DNA of 64,000 bases from a virus. Lineage: Duplodnaviria > Caudoviricetes. Below, one piece after another: positions 1 to 10,278 of this stretch (positions within the stretch are counted from its first letter, which is position 1; the number at the start of each line of letters is the position of its first letter). The stretch is from the IMG/VR virus record IMGVR_UViG_3300028591_000074, positions 96,001-160,000 of that record; one strand, written 5' to 3'. Below the pieces are notes generated by a model. The model ran no database searches and was not told the DNA's origin. It saw nothing but the letters and a program-made list of their open reading frames with translations. A program made the position numbers and the translations under genes.

Positions 1-1979
1 AACCCTTCATCCCTATCTAACTTACTTGCTTTAGCACAATAGAAGTATCTTGATGCTGAACCACCATTATCGTCATAACCTACCATCTCCCCATGTTTCT
101 GAGTAATATTTCCCCAACCGTCGTATTTATCAACACTTGAATAGATTCTATGTGGCTTACATCCATCGCTGTCCGGAAATCCACCGCATACTTCATCAAA
201 ATCAGAATCATCATATGTTAATATTACATTAGCAGGGAAACGGCCATTTGGATTTTGAACAAATGTATTCTCTGTACCATCTTGGAACATACCCAATGAT
301 TTACCTGTACGATCATCACCGGAGTTTGTTCTAAGTACACCGCCATGTACTAATGTATCATCTGTTGGCACTCTACATTCATCAATATTTATCCCACCAA
401 CACCATACTTTAATACATTGTCAGTTGTACTACCTTCACATGGTTTACGTGCGACTATCACAGGTTCGAATGCCGGTTTGAGCGCAGTACCCCACCCATT
501 CCAACGCTTACCTTCTTCTGTTGTATAGTTTACTTTAGTTGTATATCCTTCGCAGCTATCATCATAATTACTACTACGGCATCCTTGATCGAATTGTCGT
601 TTATTCATCCCCCAACTACCGGATTCAGATTTCTCACCATCAAGATTCTTAAACTCTTGCGTGTTTGCACTACCTGTGGTCAGTTTTGCTTCAACCGCTT
701 TGCCTATATTCATTGATTTTGGGAATCCACTATTCCCGGAAATAAACGCTTTGCCATTCCGTCTAACCACAAATGCCCCTGTTTCTGTTTGAAGGCAGTA
801 CACCATCCCTTTATATGGAATATTTGGTTTACAATGTCTTGATTCAGTTTCAGTGCTATTGTGAGCAACATTGAATTCTACACATGACTTAGTTCCATTA
901 CTTATATATGCACGATAGTTCAAAGATATGCATAATGCTTGAAATATATCAAGCCGTTCTTTATTCGTACTCCAAAAAACCCTAGCATACTGACCATTTC
1001 TATAACTACCATCACCGTCCATAAGACCTTCAAGTAATGCTTTACGTGAACTTATGTCCCAATTTAATACATCCCAAGTCAATACCCTATCATAATAGTT
1101 AGATAATAGTTTATCTGCTAATTCACCAGTAACGTAAAACGTATGTTCATCATTATGTTTTGGGTTGTTGGATTTCTTTATATATTCACTATATTTAATA
1201 TTATGTTCATCGAACCAATTACGGAGTTTATTAAGCGTCTTTGGTTTACTTTGGCTAAACATACATGCTTTTCCATCTTGGTGTCTCCAAGCATCTGTTA
1301 ACCACCATCCTATTATATAAGCATCATCCTCATGGACTGATCCATCAAGTTCACCTGCTAATGGATATGATACAATCCAACTTTTCTTAAAATCTTCTGC
1401 AAGCACAAATTCATAAGGAGTAAACTGTTTCCTGCGTTTCTTGATCTTCGCAACAACCCTATGATTCTTAGTAACTAATTGAGATACATGCCTATTCTCA
1501 AACAAACATAATTCATCATCAATATCATACTCAAAGTAATTCAAAGGGTGTATCCAAGATAATTTGTTCGTATCCTTATCCCATTGCAAAATTTTTTCAG
1601 TATGGTCAAGATCATAAAAATATTTCCAACCGCTATCAGTTAATACCTGTGTATCTTCAGAATAACACCCCAACAGCCACATAATAGTATCTCTAATTTC
1701 AAATCCAGCATCTTCGATTGCACATGCAATTCTGTGGAACGTCCTCGAACCGCCGAATGATAAAATATATCCACCCGGCTTTAATACTTTCAGACATTTC
1801 TCCCAGGTCTCTTTCTGAAATGCAATACCACTTCTGTCCCAACCCTTATTCATAAAATTTAATTCATACGGAGGATCAGTTACTATTGCATCAATAGAAT
1901 TCTCCGGTATTACATCAAGCATATCTAACATGCTACCTTCGTATAATTTATATTGATCTGTTTCTGTGTAAAGTTTCAT
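1..1979 (-). CDS. N4/N6 DNA methyltransferase (beta class) containing an intein; runs off the window start
   Basis: Hand translation from ATG at 1979 gives MKLYTETDQYKLYEGSMLDMLDVIPENSIDAIVTDPPY...IRDTIMWLLG[intein]SGFPKS...WNGWGTALKPAFEPVIVARKP...GRFPANVI. DPPY catalytic motif present. Missing from the ORF track because there is no stop in the window. Confidence 0.9.
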   Translation of the reverse strand, partial: MKLYTETDQYKLYEGSMLDMLDVIPENSIDAIVTDPPYELNFMNKGWDRSGIAFQKETWEKCLKVLKPGGYILSFGGSRTFHRIACAIEDAGFEIRDTIMWLLGCYSEDTQVLTDSGWKYFYDLDHTEKILQWDKDTNKLSWIHPLNYFEYDIDDELCLFENRHVSQLVTKNHRVVAKIKKRRKQFTPYEFVLAEDFKKSWIVSYPLAGELDGSVHEDDAYIIGWWLTDAWRHQDGKACMFSQSKPKTLNKLRNWFDEHNIKYSEYIKKSNNPKHNDEHTFYVTGELADKLLSNYYDRVLTWDVLNWDISSRKALLEGLMDGDGSYRNGQYARVFWSTNKERLDIFQALCISLNYRAYISNGTKSCVEFNVAHNSTETESRHCKPNIPYKGMVYCLQTETGAFVVRRNGKAFISGNSGFPKSMNIGKAVEAKLTTGSANTQEFKNLDGEKSESGSWGMNKRQFDQGCRSSNYDDSCEGYTTKVNYTTEEGKRWNGWGTALKPAFEPVIVARKPCEGSTTDNVLKYGVGGINIDECRVPTDDTLVHGGVLRTNSGDDRTGKSLGMFQDGTENTFVQNPNGRFPANVILTYDDSDFDEVCGGFPDSDGCKPHRIYSSVDKYDGWGNITQKHGEMVGYDDNGGSASRYFYCAKASKLDRDEG
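732..1667 (-). mobile_element. Intein (312 aa) with LAGLIDADG homing endonuclease
   Basis: Starts CYSEDTQVLT and ends VRRNGKAFISGN before extein Ser. It splits the conserved MWLxG|SGFPKS motif. Block B (LVTKNHRV) and two LAGLIDADG-like helices (YIIGWWLTDAW, LLEGLMDGDGS) are present. Confidence 0.9.
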
Positions 1980-1990
1980 TAGTTATTACC

Positions 1991-2765
1991 TCAATCAAAC
2001 AATTTATATGGTGGATGTGTATTGTCTATCCTATTTTTGGCTATCTCAAAGTAATCTTTGTCAAGTTCTATACCTATGAAGTTTCTATACAGATTTTTAC
2101 AAGCTACTCCGGTAGTTCCTGATCCCATAAACGGATCTAATACTACATCATCAATATATGTATTCATTTTTATACATCTTTTTGGAAGTTCTTCTGGAAA
2201 TGGGGCAGGATGTCTAAGTATTTGCAAATTATTTTCAGGAGGAAACTCCCAAAGCGCATACGCATATTTGATAAATTTTGATTTTGTAATATCAGTTTTA
2301 CCATCATGTAGTAATTTAGTTTCTTTGTTTGAAAAAAAATAAGTATATGTTCAAACGGTGTAGGGTAACTTGGACTACTTGGGGACATAAAGCTACCCCA
2401 TGCAGTCCTTGCGCTTGTTGTCATCTTGTTCCATATTATGTGTGTAATCGGTATGTATTTAAGATCAACCATTAGTCTTATTATATCGCTACTCGTTGGT
2501 ATAGCACCATTTTTCCATCCCCTATATTTATACAAACTCTACCATCGTCCGACAATTTATTTTTTAATTTACAGAAAATTTCTTTAATCCGTCTTATATA
2601 ACCATAATGATTCTTGTTATCAACATAGCAATTATAACCAAATGTATTATATTTGTTATTACCTAAGTCAACATTGTATGGTGGGCTTGTTATTACGCAG
2701 TTTACTAAGTTATCTTGGATATTATCTACAAGATCAAAACAATCACCTTGCCACAACTCAATCAT
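1991..2765 (-). pseudogene. N4/N6 DNA methyltransferase broken by two frameshifts
   Basis: Three consecutive ORF pieces carry TSPPY, the mid-region, and HPAPFP...DPFMGSGTTG. The frame changes fall in homopolymers at ~2510-2514 and 2332-2339. Confidence 0.85.
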
Positions 2766-2896
2766 TTAACCATAACCCACTTTCCTGTGCCATAATCTCT
2801 AAGACCATAATACGGTGGAGAAGTTACACACATATTTACAGATTCAGAATCTAATGTTATCAATACATCTAAACAATCACCTTGAAGTATTTTCCA
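2762..2896 (-). pseudogene. Truncated N-terminal remnant of another N4/N6 methyltransferase
   Basis: Hand translation WKILQGDCLDVLITLDSESVNMCVTSPPYYGLRDYGTGKWVMVK*; no in-frame start upstream. Confidence 0.75.
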
Positions 2897-2922
2897 GTGA
2901 TATAATCACAAAATTGACTAAA

Positions 2923-3723
2923 CTATTCAAATAAATTATAATTTGGATAAGTGCTATCCAATCTACTTTTTGCAATATTGCAGTATTCTTCACTTACATC
3001 AAATCCAATATAGTTTCTATGAAGAAGTTTTGCTTCTATAGCAGTTGTTCCAGATCCTAAAAATGGATCAAGCACTAAATCACCACTGTTACTCCATGTT
3101 ATTATATGATCATGTGCAAGTTTTGATGGAAACACAGCAGGATGCCCTGTACGATTATTTTTTTCAGATGGCACATCCCAAACATTAAACCTATTGCCAA
3201 ATTCTCCACATATAGTATTAGTCAAACTCTCAGAACGCCTAACTGTATCCCCATTAGTAGTACGATATGTACCATGTACCTTTGTACCATACCACTTATT
3301 ACGCCTATCAGATATTAGATTAACTGTTTTCGGTTTACCGTTACTAAAAACAAACATGTACTCAAAATTTTGATAATACCGTGTTGCATCTGGTAAGGAT
3401 CCAGAATCCTTAACCCATATCATAGTATCATGAAGATTAAGTCCAATATCTCTGAAATAGATGGCTTGTTTAAAACTTGTACATGTCTCACTTCCGTTTA
3501 CTGTACTATCATTAACTATCCAAACAATAACTCCACCTTGTTTCAGAACACGATATAGTTGTTCCGCAATGGTTTCGAAATCAAATGAATATCCATTATA
3601 TCGACGTAAGTTATCATATGGTGGAGAAGTTACAACAAGATCAATACAATCAGAGGGTAATTGTTTTAATAATTCCGCAGAATCTCCGCATCGTACATAG
3701 TTCATTTCTAACATAGACATCAC
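2923..3723 (-). CDS. N4/N6 DNA methyltransferase (beta class)
   Basis: TSPPY, HPAVFP and DPFLGSGTT motifs in an intact 266-aa ORF. Confidence 0.92.
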   Translation of the reverse strand: MMSMLEMNYVRCGDSAELLKQLPSDCIDLVVTSPPYDNLRRYNGYSFDFETIAEQLYRVLKQGGVIVWIVNDSTVNGSETCTSFKQAIYFRDIGLNLHDTMIWVKDSGSLPDATRYYQNFEYMFVFSNGKPKTVNLISDRRNKWYGTKVHGTYRTTNGDTVRRSESLTNTICGEFGNRFNVWDVPSEKNNRTGHPAVFPSKLAHDHIITWSNSGDLVLDPFLGSGTTAIEAKLLHRNYIGFDVSEEYCNIAKSRLDSTYPNYNLFE

Positions 3724-4122
3724 CTATTTAATCCTAACCCACTTTCTTCTTTTCTTCGTAGCCGAAAGAATATATTTATATACACCAGGAACAAGTGTTC
3801 CATGGTTAAAATGTATTTGTCCAATATTATCTACATACGAAAATGCAGTATTCTTGAACTGCGTCATAATTACACAAGATACTATATCTATTAAATCTGT
3901 AGATCTTCTATGATGTGTGTCTGGGAATACTTCCCGTTCTGGATAGAATAGAATTATATCATCAGCATTTGAATATTCCTGTATCCGTTTTTGTTGGTCA
4001 GGGACATCGTATTCTACACCTATGCAAACAACATATTCTATTCTTTTACAATTCTTCCGGCTTGATAATCTTTTTGATATAGCACGAAGTAATTGCATCG
4101 TTAATTTACTATCATTCACCAT
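3724..4122 (-). CDS. Hypothetical protein
   Basis: 132-aa ORF tightly packed in the operon. Confidence 0.55.
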   Translation of the reverse strand: MVNDSKLTMQLLRAISKRLSSRKNCKRIEYVVCIGVEYDVPDQQKRIQEYSNADDIILFYPEREVFPDTHHRRSTDLIDIVSCVIMTQFKNTAFSYVDNIGQIHFNHGTLVPGVYKYILSATKKRRKWVRIK

Positions 4123-4133
4123 AAGTCACCATC

Positions 4134-5747
4134 CTACGAATAGATGATTAGATTTTCTTTTGCCCTAGTAATTGCCACATAGTAGCAGTTTTTGTTATCT
4201 TCAGAATCGAGTTTGAACTTTCTGCCATTCACACCGATAACATATACCGTGTCATATTCAAGTCCTTTTACAGAATGAATTGTTCCAACATATACAGAAG
4301 ATTCCTGTTCCGGTCTATGTTCTACTGCAAGTATTATTTGATTTAATAAATCGGATACAGTAGATACTTCTGATAAATCTACAGCAAGATTCGGAAATCC
4401 AAGTACATTTAAAATTGCTTTGCATTTGTTGTCTTTATCCTTATCGCTATTCAAAATACCACGAATCTTATAGATAGATTCGGATCGTACTTTGATTTCA
4501 CGATTTGTATTAAATTGATTTAAGAATAATCGTTCTGTGTATTCCTTCCCCTCAGAAGTAAATATGGTTGACATTCGAATAAACTCTGAATACTGTTCCG
4601 ATGGTAAAAATGTTGCAAGCCAGTTTATCATATATTTACTATCGGATACACTTGGCAACATGAATCTTGCATCAACTTCTTTATGGCTTGTGGAATAAGC
4701 AACACCATTTTTATCCAATTCGTCACGGATGATAGAACACTCAGAATTAGTCCTAGAAATAATGGCAACAGATCCGGTTAGACATTTACATTCCAATGCA
4801 ATCCTCTTATAAATGTCCTTAAACTTAGGGGAATCAGTTAGATAAAAATACTGCCTATGTTCTACAGGTCGTCCAAGTCGTTCTGATTCAATAGGAATAC
4901 GATACGATTCATCTGCGTATCCTGCACTAAATTCATTTGCAAAGTTACAGATTTCTTTAGTTGATCGATAGTTTTCAGACAACCGGATGACTGTCCAATC
5001 CTTATCTACTGCAAGAGATTTTATAATTTCAGGCACTGCACCCCTAAATCGATAAAGACTTTGCAGAGAATCACCTACTACAAAGATATTAGCGGAATCC
5101 GAAAAGGACATAACAAAGTTATGTTGCACCTTATCTGTATCCTGATATTCATCCACATGCAGATATTTTATCATATTTCTATACTTATCTACAATCGGAT
5201 CTTTTGAAATAAATAATTTACATACACCCTGACAAAGTTCATCAAACGTAATGAGATTTTCCTTAACCATCAACCGTTTCCGAAACTTCATAAGAATCTC
5301 ATAATCTTTCTTTTCTTTCATAGATAAAGAAGCTGGATCAGATATTTTTGTTTTTGACAATCGAATACCGGACTGAGTAAGTGCTTCACTTTCAATCCGT
5401 TTCTGCTTATAATCATCTGCAATTGATGGCATAGATGTATAGCCAAGTGCATTACGGACTTTAATATCTTTGGACATTAAATCATAACAATAGCTATGAA
5501 ATGTACGAAACTCAGGTGATTCACCGCTATCGACATATTCCCTATATCGTTCTTTCATCTCAAATGCAGCGGCATTTGTAAATGTCAATGCAAGTATAGA
5601 AGATGGTTCCACACCTCTGTTCACCAATCCGACAATGCGTTCGATAAGTGTTCTGGTTTTTCCAGTTCCTGCACCTGCTAAACACAGAATCTTCGGTGAT
5701 TCTGAATCAACTGCAATCTGTTGTGCTTTGTTAAGAGCATATCGCAT
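4134..5747 (-). CDS. UvrD/PcrA-like SF1 helicase
   Basis: Walker A AGAGTGKT, LTFTNAAA, TFHS, VDEYQD, VGDSLQSLYRFRGA, ENYRS, TIHSVKGLEYD, YVAITRAK. Confidence 0.95.
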   Translation of the reverse strand: MRYALNKAQQIAVDSESPKILCLAGAGTGKTRTLIERIVGLVNRGVEPSSILALTFTNAAAFEMKERYREYVDSGESPEFRTFHSYCYDLMSKDIKVRNALGYTSMPSIADDYKQKRIESEALTQSGIRLSKTKISDPASLSMKEKKDYEILMKFRKRLMVKENLITFDELCQGVCKLFISKDPIVDKYRNMIKYLHVDEYQDTDKVQHNFVMSFSDSANIFVVGDSLQSLYRFRGAVPEIIKSLAVDKDWTVIRLSENYRSTKEICNFANEFSAGYADESYRIPIESERLGRPVEHRQYFYLTDSPKFKDIYKRIALECKCLTGSVAIISRTNSECSIIRDELDKNGVAYSTSHKEVDARFMLPSVSDSKYMINWLATFLPSEQYSEFIRMSTIFTSEGKEYTERLFLNQFNTNREIKVRSESIYKIRGILNSDKDKDNKCKAILNVLGFPNLAVDLSEVSTVSDLLNQIILAVEHRPEQESSVYVGTIHSVKGLEYDTVYVIGVNGRKFKLDSEDNKNCYYVAITRAKENLIIYS

Positions 5748-5771
5748 ACATCTTACTCCTCATAAAATAAA

Positions 5772-5809
5772 TAGGTGTAGGGAACGAGCCTACACCTATT
5801 ATAACGATT
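5772..5809 (-). promoter_or_regulatory. AATCGTTATA promoter-like motif overlapping a terminator-like hairpin
   Basis: tataacgatt at 5800-5809; inverted repeat taggtgtagg...cctacaccta followed by a T-rich tract on the minus strand. Confidence 0.6.
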
Positions 5810-5824
5810 TAAAAAGATAAAATC

Positions 5825-6997
5825 TTATTCACTGATCGGTTCAAGTTTCATATTCTTAATTGATGATTTTCTGAAGTCTAATTTGTATTCTACATCACTT
5901 GTATCATACTCTGTATTTACTTGACCATCTTCTTCACTGTATTCATCTACTGATGTTACACCGGAAATTGTGTAAACTAAAGTTATATCACCGGATAATT
6001 TGTAATTTCCAGTAGGTGCATCAATCTCAAATGCAATCACATCTAAAGTGTCATTTAATATTATATCAGATGGAACTTCACGAATTTGTCCTATGTTGGA
6101 AGATAAATTAGAATCAACATCATTCAGCCAATCTGTATCTTTAAACTGAACATCTGTTCCCCATTCTGTATAGATTTCTACATCAGATAATGTGAATTCA
6201 ATTTCGTCTGTGATTCCATCTTCAATCACAAGATCTGCATTTTCTTCTGGTGGATCAATCGGTTGTTCGCTTTCCGCAGTAATATCTACATTCACTTTAG
6301 CAGGAATACCACAAGTATTTGTAGCAGCGGCAATATTATCATCATATACCCATGCTTCGATAATTCCGCTTGTTACAGGTTCAAAGTAAGAATCTGCATC
6401 ATACTTTTGAACAATTGGATCCAATGCTTCACACAGATCCATTAATCCACCATAGGAAAGTTCTGCACGGACTTGAATCTTAGTTGCATTATATTCTTCA
6501 GAATATTCCTTAGAAATATGCAGATAATCATCAACATCTGACTCTGAAAAACCATATTCCTGAATCATGCACATCCTTGCGGTGGCTTGAACTTCTTCAA
6601 CAACAGAATCTAAATCGGCATCAAAATTTATTGATTTCTCACACTCAATTGATTTGGAAGAATCTATAGAATCAGCATCCTTCTGAATCTGTTCATTGAA
6701 GTCTTTGGCAATCGGTTCAACATATTTAAACAAATCAGATGGCTTTTTAATCTTTCTAAAATCAATCTTTGTGTCATTAGAATAGTTATACCAATCCTTT
6801 GTTTCGATTTCTATATGGATTACGTTATCTTCAATCCAACTATCAATTACATGTGTATCCGGTGGTAATTGATCTTCAACTAAATTGCATAGTTCCACTA
6901 ATTCTTCCTTTGTGAAGAATTCATCGTAGTCAATCCCATATAGACCTCTGGATGTATATACTTTCTTTTGTATCTTCATATCAAATCTGCTCCTCAA
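5825..6997 (-). CDS. Acidic multi-module hypothetical protein (candidate virion internal protein)
   Basis: 390-aa ORF; likely start MKIQKKVYTS; internal IxA/IxC motifs (SIECE, NIAAA, DITAE). Confidence 0.55.
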   Translation of the reverse strand: MRSRFDMKIQKKVYTSRGLYGIDYDEFFTKEELVELCNLVEDQLPPDTHVIDSWIEDNVIHIEIETKDWYNYSNDTKIDFRKIKKPSDLFKYVEPIAKDFNEQIQKDADSIDSSKSIECEKSINFDADLDSVVEEVQATARMCMIQEYGFSESDVDDYLHISKEYSEEYNATKIQVRAELSYGGLMDLCEALDPIVQKYDADSYFEPVTSGIIEAWVYDDNIAAATNTCGIPAKVNVDITAESEQPIDPPEENADLVIEDGITDEIEFTLSDVEIYTEWGTDVQFKDTDWLNDVDSNLSSNIGQIREVPSDIILNDTLDVIAFEIDAPTGNYKLSGDITLVYTISGVTSVDEYSEEDGQVNTEYDTSDVEYKLDFRKSSIKNMKLEPISE

Positions 6998-7202
6998 TTA
7001 GTCCACATTCACCGGACTTTGCATAGAATCTATAATCTGCTTGATTGCATCATGTTGTCTTTGTTCCTTTAATCTAATCACGTGCATATAGCAATTGTGA
7101 CCACAAAAGTACAAAGTATTGTTCTTATAATTCAACTTAAAAATATTACAAGGTCTGCGTGTATGTTTTCTACCGCAAACACAGCAAGTATATATCTTCA
7201 TA

Positions 7203-7589
7203 TCACTCGATAGCCTTTACTACCCACTTAATATATTGATCGGTTTCTTTCTCACACAGTGGACAGATACCAGAAATCTTATCAACTTCCTGATCAGATT
7301 CAATCATAGCAGAAATGAAAATTCCATGACACTTATCACATTCAGCAATCAGATGACCATCAATATTGTTGTCAACCTCAATATCAACATCATCTTCCTG
7401 AACTTCATCCAGAGTGTCCTGCATATCTTCAATGTTATCTGCCATTTCATCTAATGTGTCGTCAAACGCATCATCTTCGACATCTGCATCATCAACAGGC
7501 ATATCAAGATCTTCGAATTCATCTTCTCCGGCAGCCATAATTGGATCACTTGCAGCATCAACGCTACGTGTTCTTTTTTCAATTCTCAT
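7203..7589 (-). CDS. Acidic protein with C-terminal CxxC...CxxC zinc ribbon
   Basis: AECDKCHG and GICPLCE; Asp/Glu-rich N-terminal half. Confidence 0.6.
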   Translation of the reverse strand: MRIEKRTRSVDAASDPIMAAGEDEFEDLDMPVDDADVEDDAFDDTLDEMADNIEDMQDTLDEVQEDDVDIEVDNNIDGHLIAECDKCHGIFISAMIESDQEVDKISGICPLCEKETDQYIKWVVKAIE

Positions 7590-7975
7590 TGTATAAATCT
7601 CCTCCGTGCCTCTATTCTATTTCTAAGTTCATTTGCCACTGTATTTATATCATCATGGTTCCAGAACTTAACTACATCACCATCTACAAAGTAGTCCCAA
7701 TCAAATTCTATGTGTTGCCTTGGATCATATCCGAAACTGATAGTGGAGTAGACAGATACATCAAATATCCCATCTTCACCATCCTCCAATTCCAATCGTA
7801 ACCCAAGTAACTCTGCATCCAAATCTTCATCCATATTAACGATTTGCAACATATAATCTATATCAGATTTAGCGGAATTTTGAACATGTAGTGGTATTGT
7901 AGTCATCATAATTGAAAATCTCCAATCATTTATACTTAATAGTATAAAAGGTTTGGAAAGAAATTGCCGGAGCAT
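7586..7975 (-). CDS. Hypothetical protein (true start probably internal)
   Basis: ORF lies downstream of the promoter-like motif at 7943-7953. Confidence 0.5.
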   Translation of the reverse strand: MLRQFLSKPFILLSINDWRFSIMMTTIPLHVQNSAKSDIDYMLQIVNMDEDLDAELLGLRLELEDGEDGIFDVSVYSTISFGYDPRQHIEFDWDYFVDGDVVKFWNHDDINTVANELRNRIEARRRFIQ

Positions 7976-7989
7976 TTAAACTCCGGCAA
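7964..7989 (-). terminator. Intrinsic terminator-like hairpin
   Basis: ttgccggag...ctccggcaa inverted repeat after the lipoprotein gene. Confidence 0.65.
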
Positions 7990-7999
7990 ATGCAATAAA

Positions 8000-8794
8000 T
8001 TACCAACAAGTATAAACATCGATTGTCCCATGAGAGCATCCACAGTCATAAACTTTTGCAGGTCCAACTGAAGTAAGTATTACAGTATAGAACTTATAAT
8101 CAGAAGAGGCTACACAAACATATCCGTCTGCATCACGAATAGTACCATCATCAGCAACATGCTTACCTGGAATATTGACCGCAGTAGCTTGACCACAACC
8201 TTCATTTGTAGAATACCAAGTTTCTCTATGTCCGTTAAATCGTATAGAACCGTTACTTCGAGTTAAATGGTTTCCAGTAACATTGTAGGTATCACTGTAT
8301 TTCAAAGTATATCCACATGCAGTTTTCGATGTAGATTTGGAATCAGTATTCTTTTTAGAAGATTTCTTTGATTTGGAATTAGATTTTTTAGATTTTAGTT
8401 TCATAGACTTATTTGAATTTTTAGATTTTGTGACTTCTTCCGGTTGCTTCGGATCTGACTTTTGCTCTGTAGCAATCTGCTTTGGTGAATCTTCTGTAGT
8501 AGGTGTAACAACCTTTTTCGTATCCTGCGTACCTTCCACAGGTGTTGTCTTTGTCTGATTTGTATTGAAATTCCGTTGTTTACTATCGGTAGATTTTTCT
8601 GTTGATGTTTCCGTAGTTGCCGGAGATACATTAACTTTAGAATCTGTAGAAGGTTTTACGGAATAAATCTGCTTCGGGTTCACTGTCCTTGCTTCGCTTT
8701 CTGTGACTGCATTAGGCTTTTCCTGCTCGACATTAGATGTACCGCAACCACACAAACAGACTGCCAAACCAGCCACAATGATAAGTTTCTTCAA
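8000..8794 (-). CDS. Lipoprotein with low-complexity linker and C-terminal 3D/DPBB-like domain
   Basis: Signal peptide with lipobox (LAVCLCGC), S/T/K-rich linker, C-terminal ETWYS...YVCVAS...KVYDCG...TIDVYT. Confidence 0.6.
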   Translation of the reverse strand: MKKLIIVAGLAVCLCGCGTSNVEQEKPNAVTESEARTVNPKQIYSVKPSTDSKVNVSPATTETSTEKSTDSKQRNFNTNQTKTTPVEGTQDTKKVVTPTTEDSPKQIATEQKSDPKQPEEVTKSKNSNKSMKLKSKKSNSKSKKSSKKNTDSKSTSKTACGYTLKYSDTYNVTGNHLTRSNGSIRFNGHRETWYSTNEGCGQATAVNIPGKHVADDGTIRDADGYVCVASSDYKFYTVILTSVGPAKVYDCGCSHGTIDVYTCW

Positions 8795-8814
8795 AATAGT
8801 CCTCCTTAAAAATT

Positions 8815-9420
8815 TTAAAAATTTTGATCACTTTGACGTTTTCCTTTTTCGAACAACTTACAATTATTGTAGTCAGAACCACGTAAATCTACTAATTCTT
8901 TCCCAACTAAACGCAAGCAGGTTGTTTTATTACACTTTGCGTATTCACACATAACATGATTTAGTGCAGCTTCATTGGAACTATACGCATTTTGTGATTT
9001 CGATCCAAAATATCCATGATACTTGCACTGTTCACATTTCTTCTTATTAAATTTACTTTTCAATATTAACCACCACCAACGTATTATACACCTATATAAG
9101 GTTAAATGTTACAATTATTTTACAGAACTTTTAATTTTTGTAATCTTTTCATAAAGATTGAGGTTATTTGCTTCCCCTTCAGGATCGATTAACCGTTTTG
9201 CATAAGCAGCAAGAATGTCAATATAGAGTTTCTGAATCTCAATATCACTATATCCGGATTCTGCTAACTTTACCATTTCCATCACAACTACAGTAGCAGC
9301 ATCTACTTTAAGTCTTGCTTCTTCCGCACTGTCTAAATGCATTTCGAAAGATTCTAAGTTTTCACTAATTTCTTTTGTAACCGTGTTAAGTTTGATAACC
9401 ATACTATCACCACCAATCAT
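8815..9420 (-). CDS. Two small hypothetical proteins (8815-9063 Cys-rich; 9115-9420)
   Basis: Packed ORFs with RBS-like upstream sequences. Confidence 0.5.
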
Positions 9421-10278
9421 TTAATAATCTACACAAGAAAGTCTATCTGCAAATTGTAACAGATATACCATAGGATACTGTCTGCAAGCCTGACTAAACT
9501 CAGGCATTTCACTATCTGCCACATTATATTCCCCCATATGCCACCGGATAGCCAATGCTTCTTCATAAGATAGTTTGAAAAACTTAGATGCGATAAACAT
9601 GGATGAAGCACCATGACCAAGGCATACAGACCGATTCTTTTTGTATTTATAAGATGCAACTGTATCCCATGAATCAGTAACCTCATCCTTTACATTCCTA
9701 TTGAATGATTCATAAAGCCCTATCTTACACCAGTCATGTACAAGACAAGCACGGATGGCTCTTGCAACACTTACTTCATTACCAAATAATTTAGCACCAC
9801 AAAGGTCTATGCATCTATTTGCAACTTTCAGTGTATGCAGTAAGAGTCCACCAACAAAGTTATCATGGTACTGTGTAGATGCTGGACAGTTATAAAAATC
9901 AGTAGTTCTAAGCCAATCTAAGCACCTAAACACAGAATCCATCATTGAATCTGGATTCTTATCATCTTCTTCAGCAATAATCATTGTGGTTGCTAGTAAA
10001 AGCCGTTCATACCGATCAATCATATCAACCTGATTTTCAAAGGAATCTTTCCACACATAGAATTGAAATTCTGGACGTTTTTCAAACTTACTCCAATCAT
10101 CTGCGTACCCATTTTCATCCGCAAATTTTACTGTAAATGCGGACTTTGGAATACTTGTCATATGCTTTTTATCTGCAATCGGAATCACAACAATATTTCT
10201 CGTAGGAATATGAATGCGAAACCAATTTGTAAAGGTTTCATATTTAGCCATGTCTGAATAATCTTCCCGTTTTATCAT
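9421..10278 (-). CDS. HD-domain phosphohydrolase
   Basis: PASTQYH, GGLLLHTL, LVHDWCKIG, LGHG, AIRWHMG, LLQFAD. Confidence 0.88.
   Translation of the reverse strand: MIKREDYSDMAKYETFTNWFRIHIPTRNIVVIPIADKKHMTSIPKSAFTVKFADENGYADDWSKFEKRPEFQFYVWKDSFENQVDMIDRYERLLLATTMIIAEEDDKNPDSMMDSVFRCLDWLRTTDFYNCPASTQYHDNFVGGLLLHTLKVANRCIDLCGAKLFGNEVSVARAIRACLVHDWCKIGLYESFNRNVKDEVTDSWDTVASYKYKKNRSVCLGHGASSMFIASKFFKLSYEEALAIRWHMGEYNVADSEMPEFSQACRQYPMVYLLQFADRLSCVDY

Noticed and set aside
1-3723. Restriction-modification system
   Set aside because: No recognisable restriction endonuclease next to the methyltransferases.
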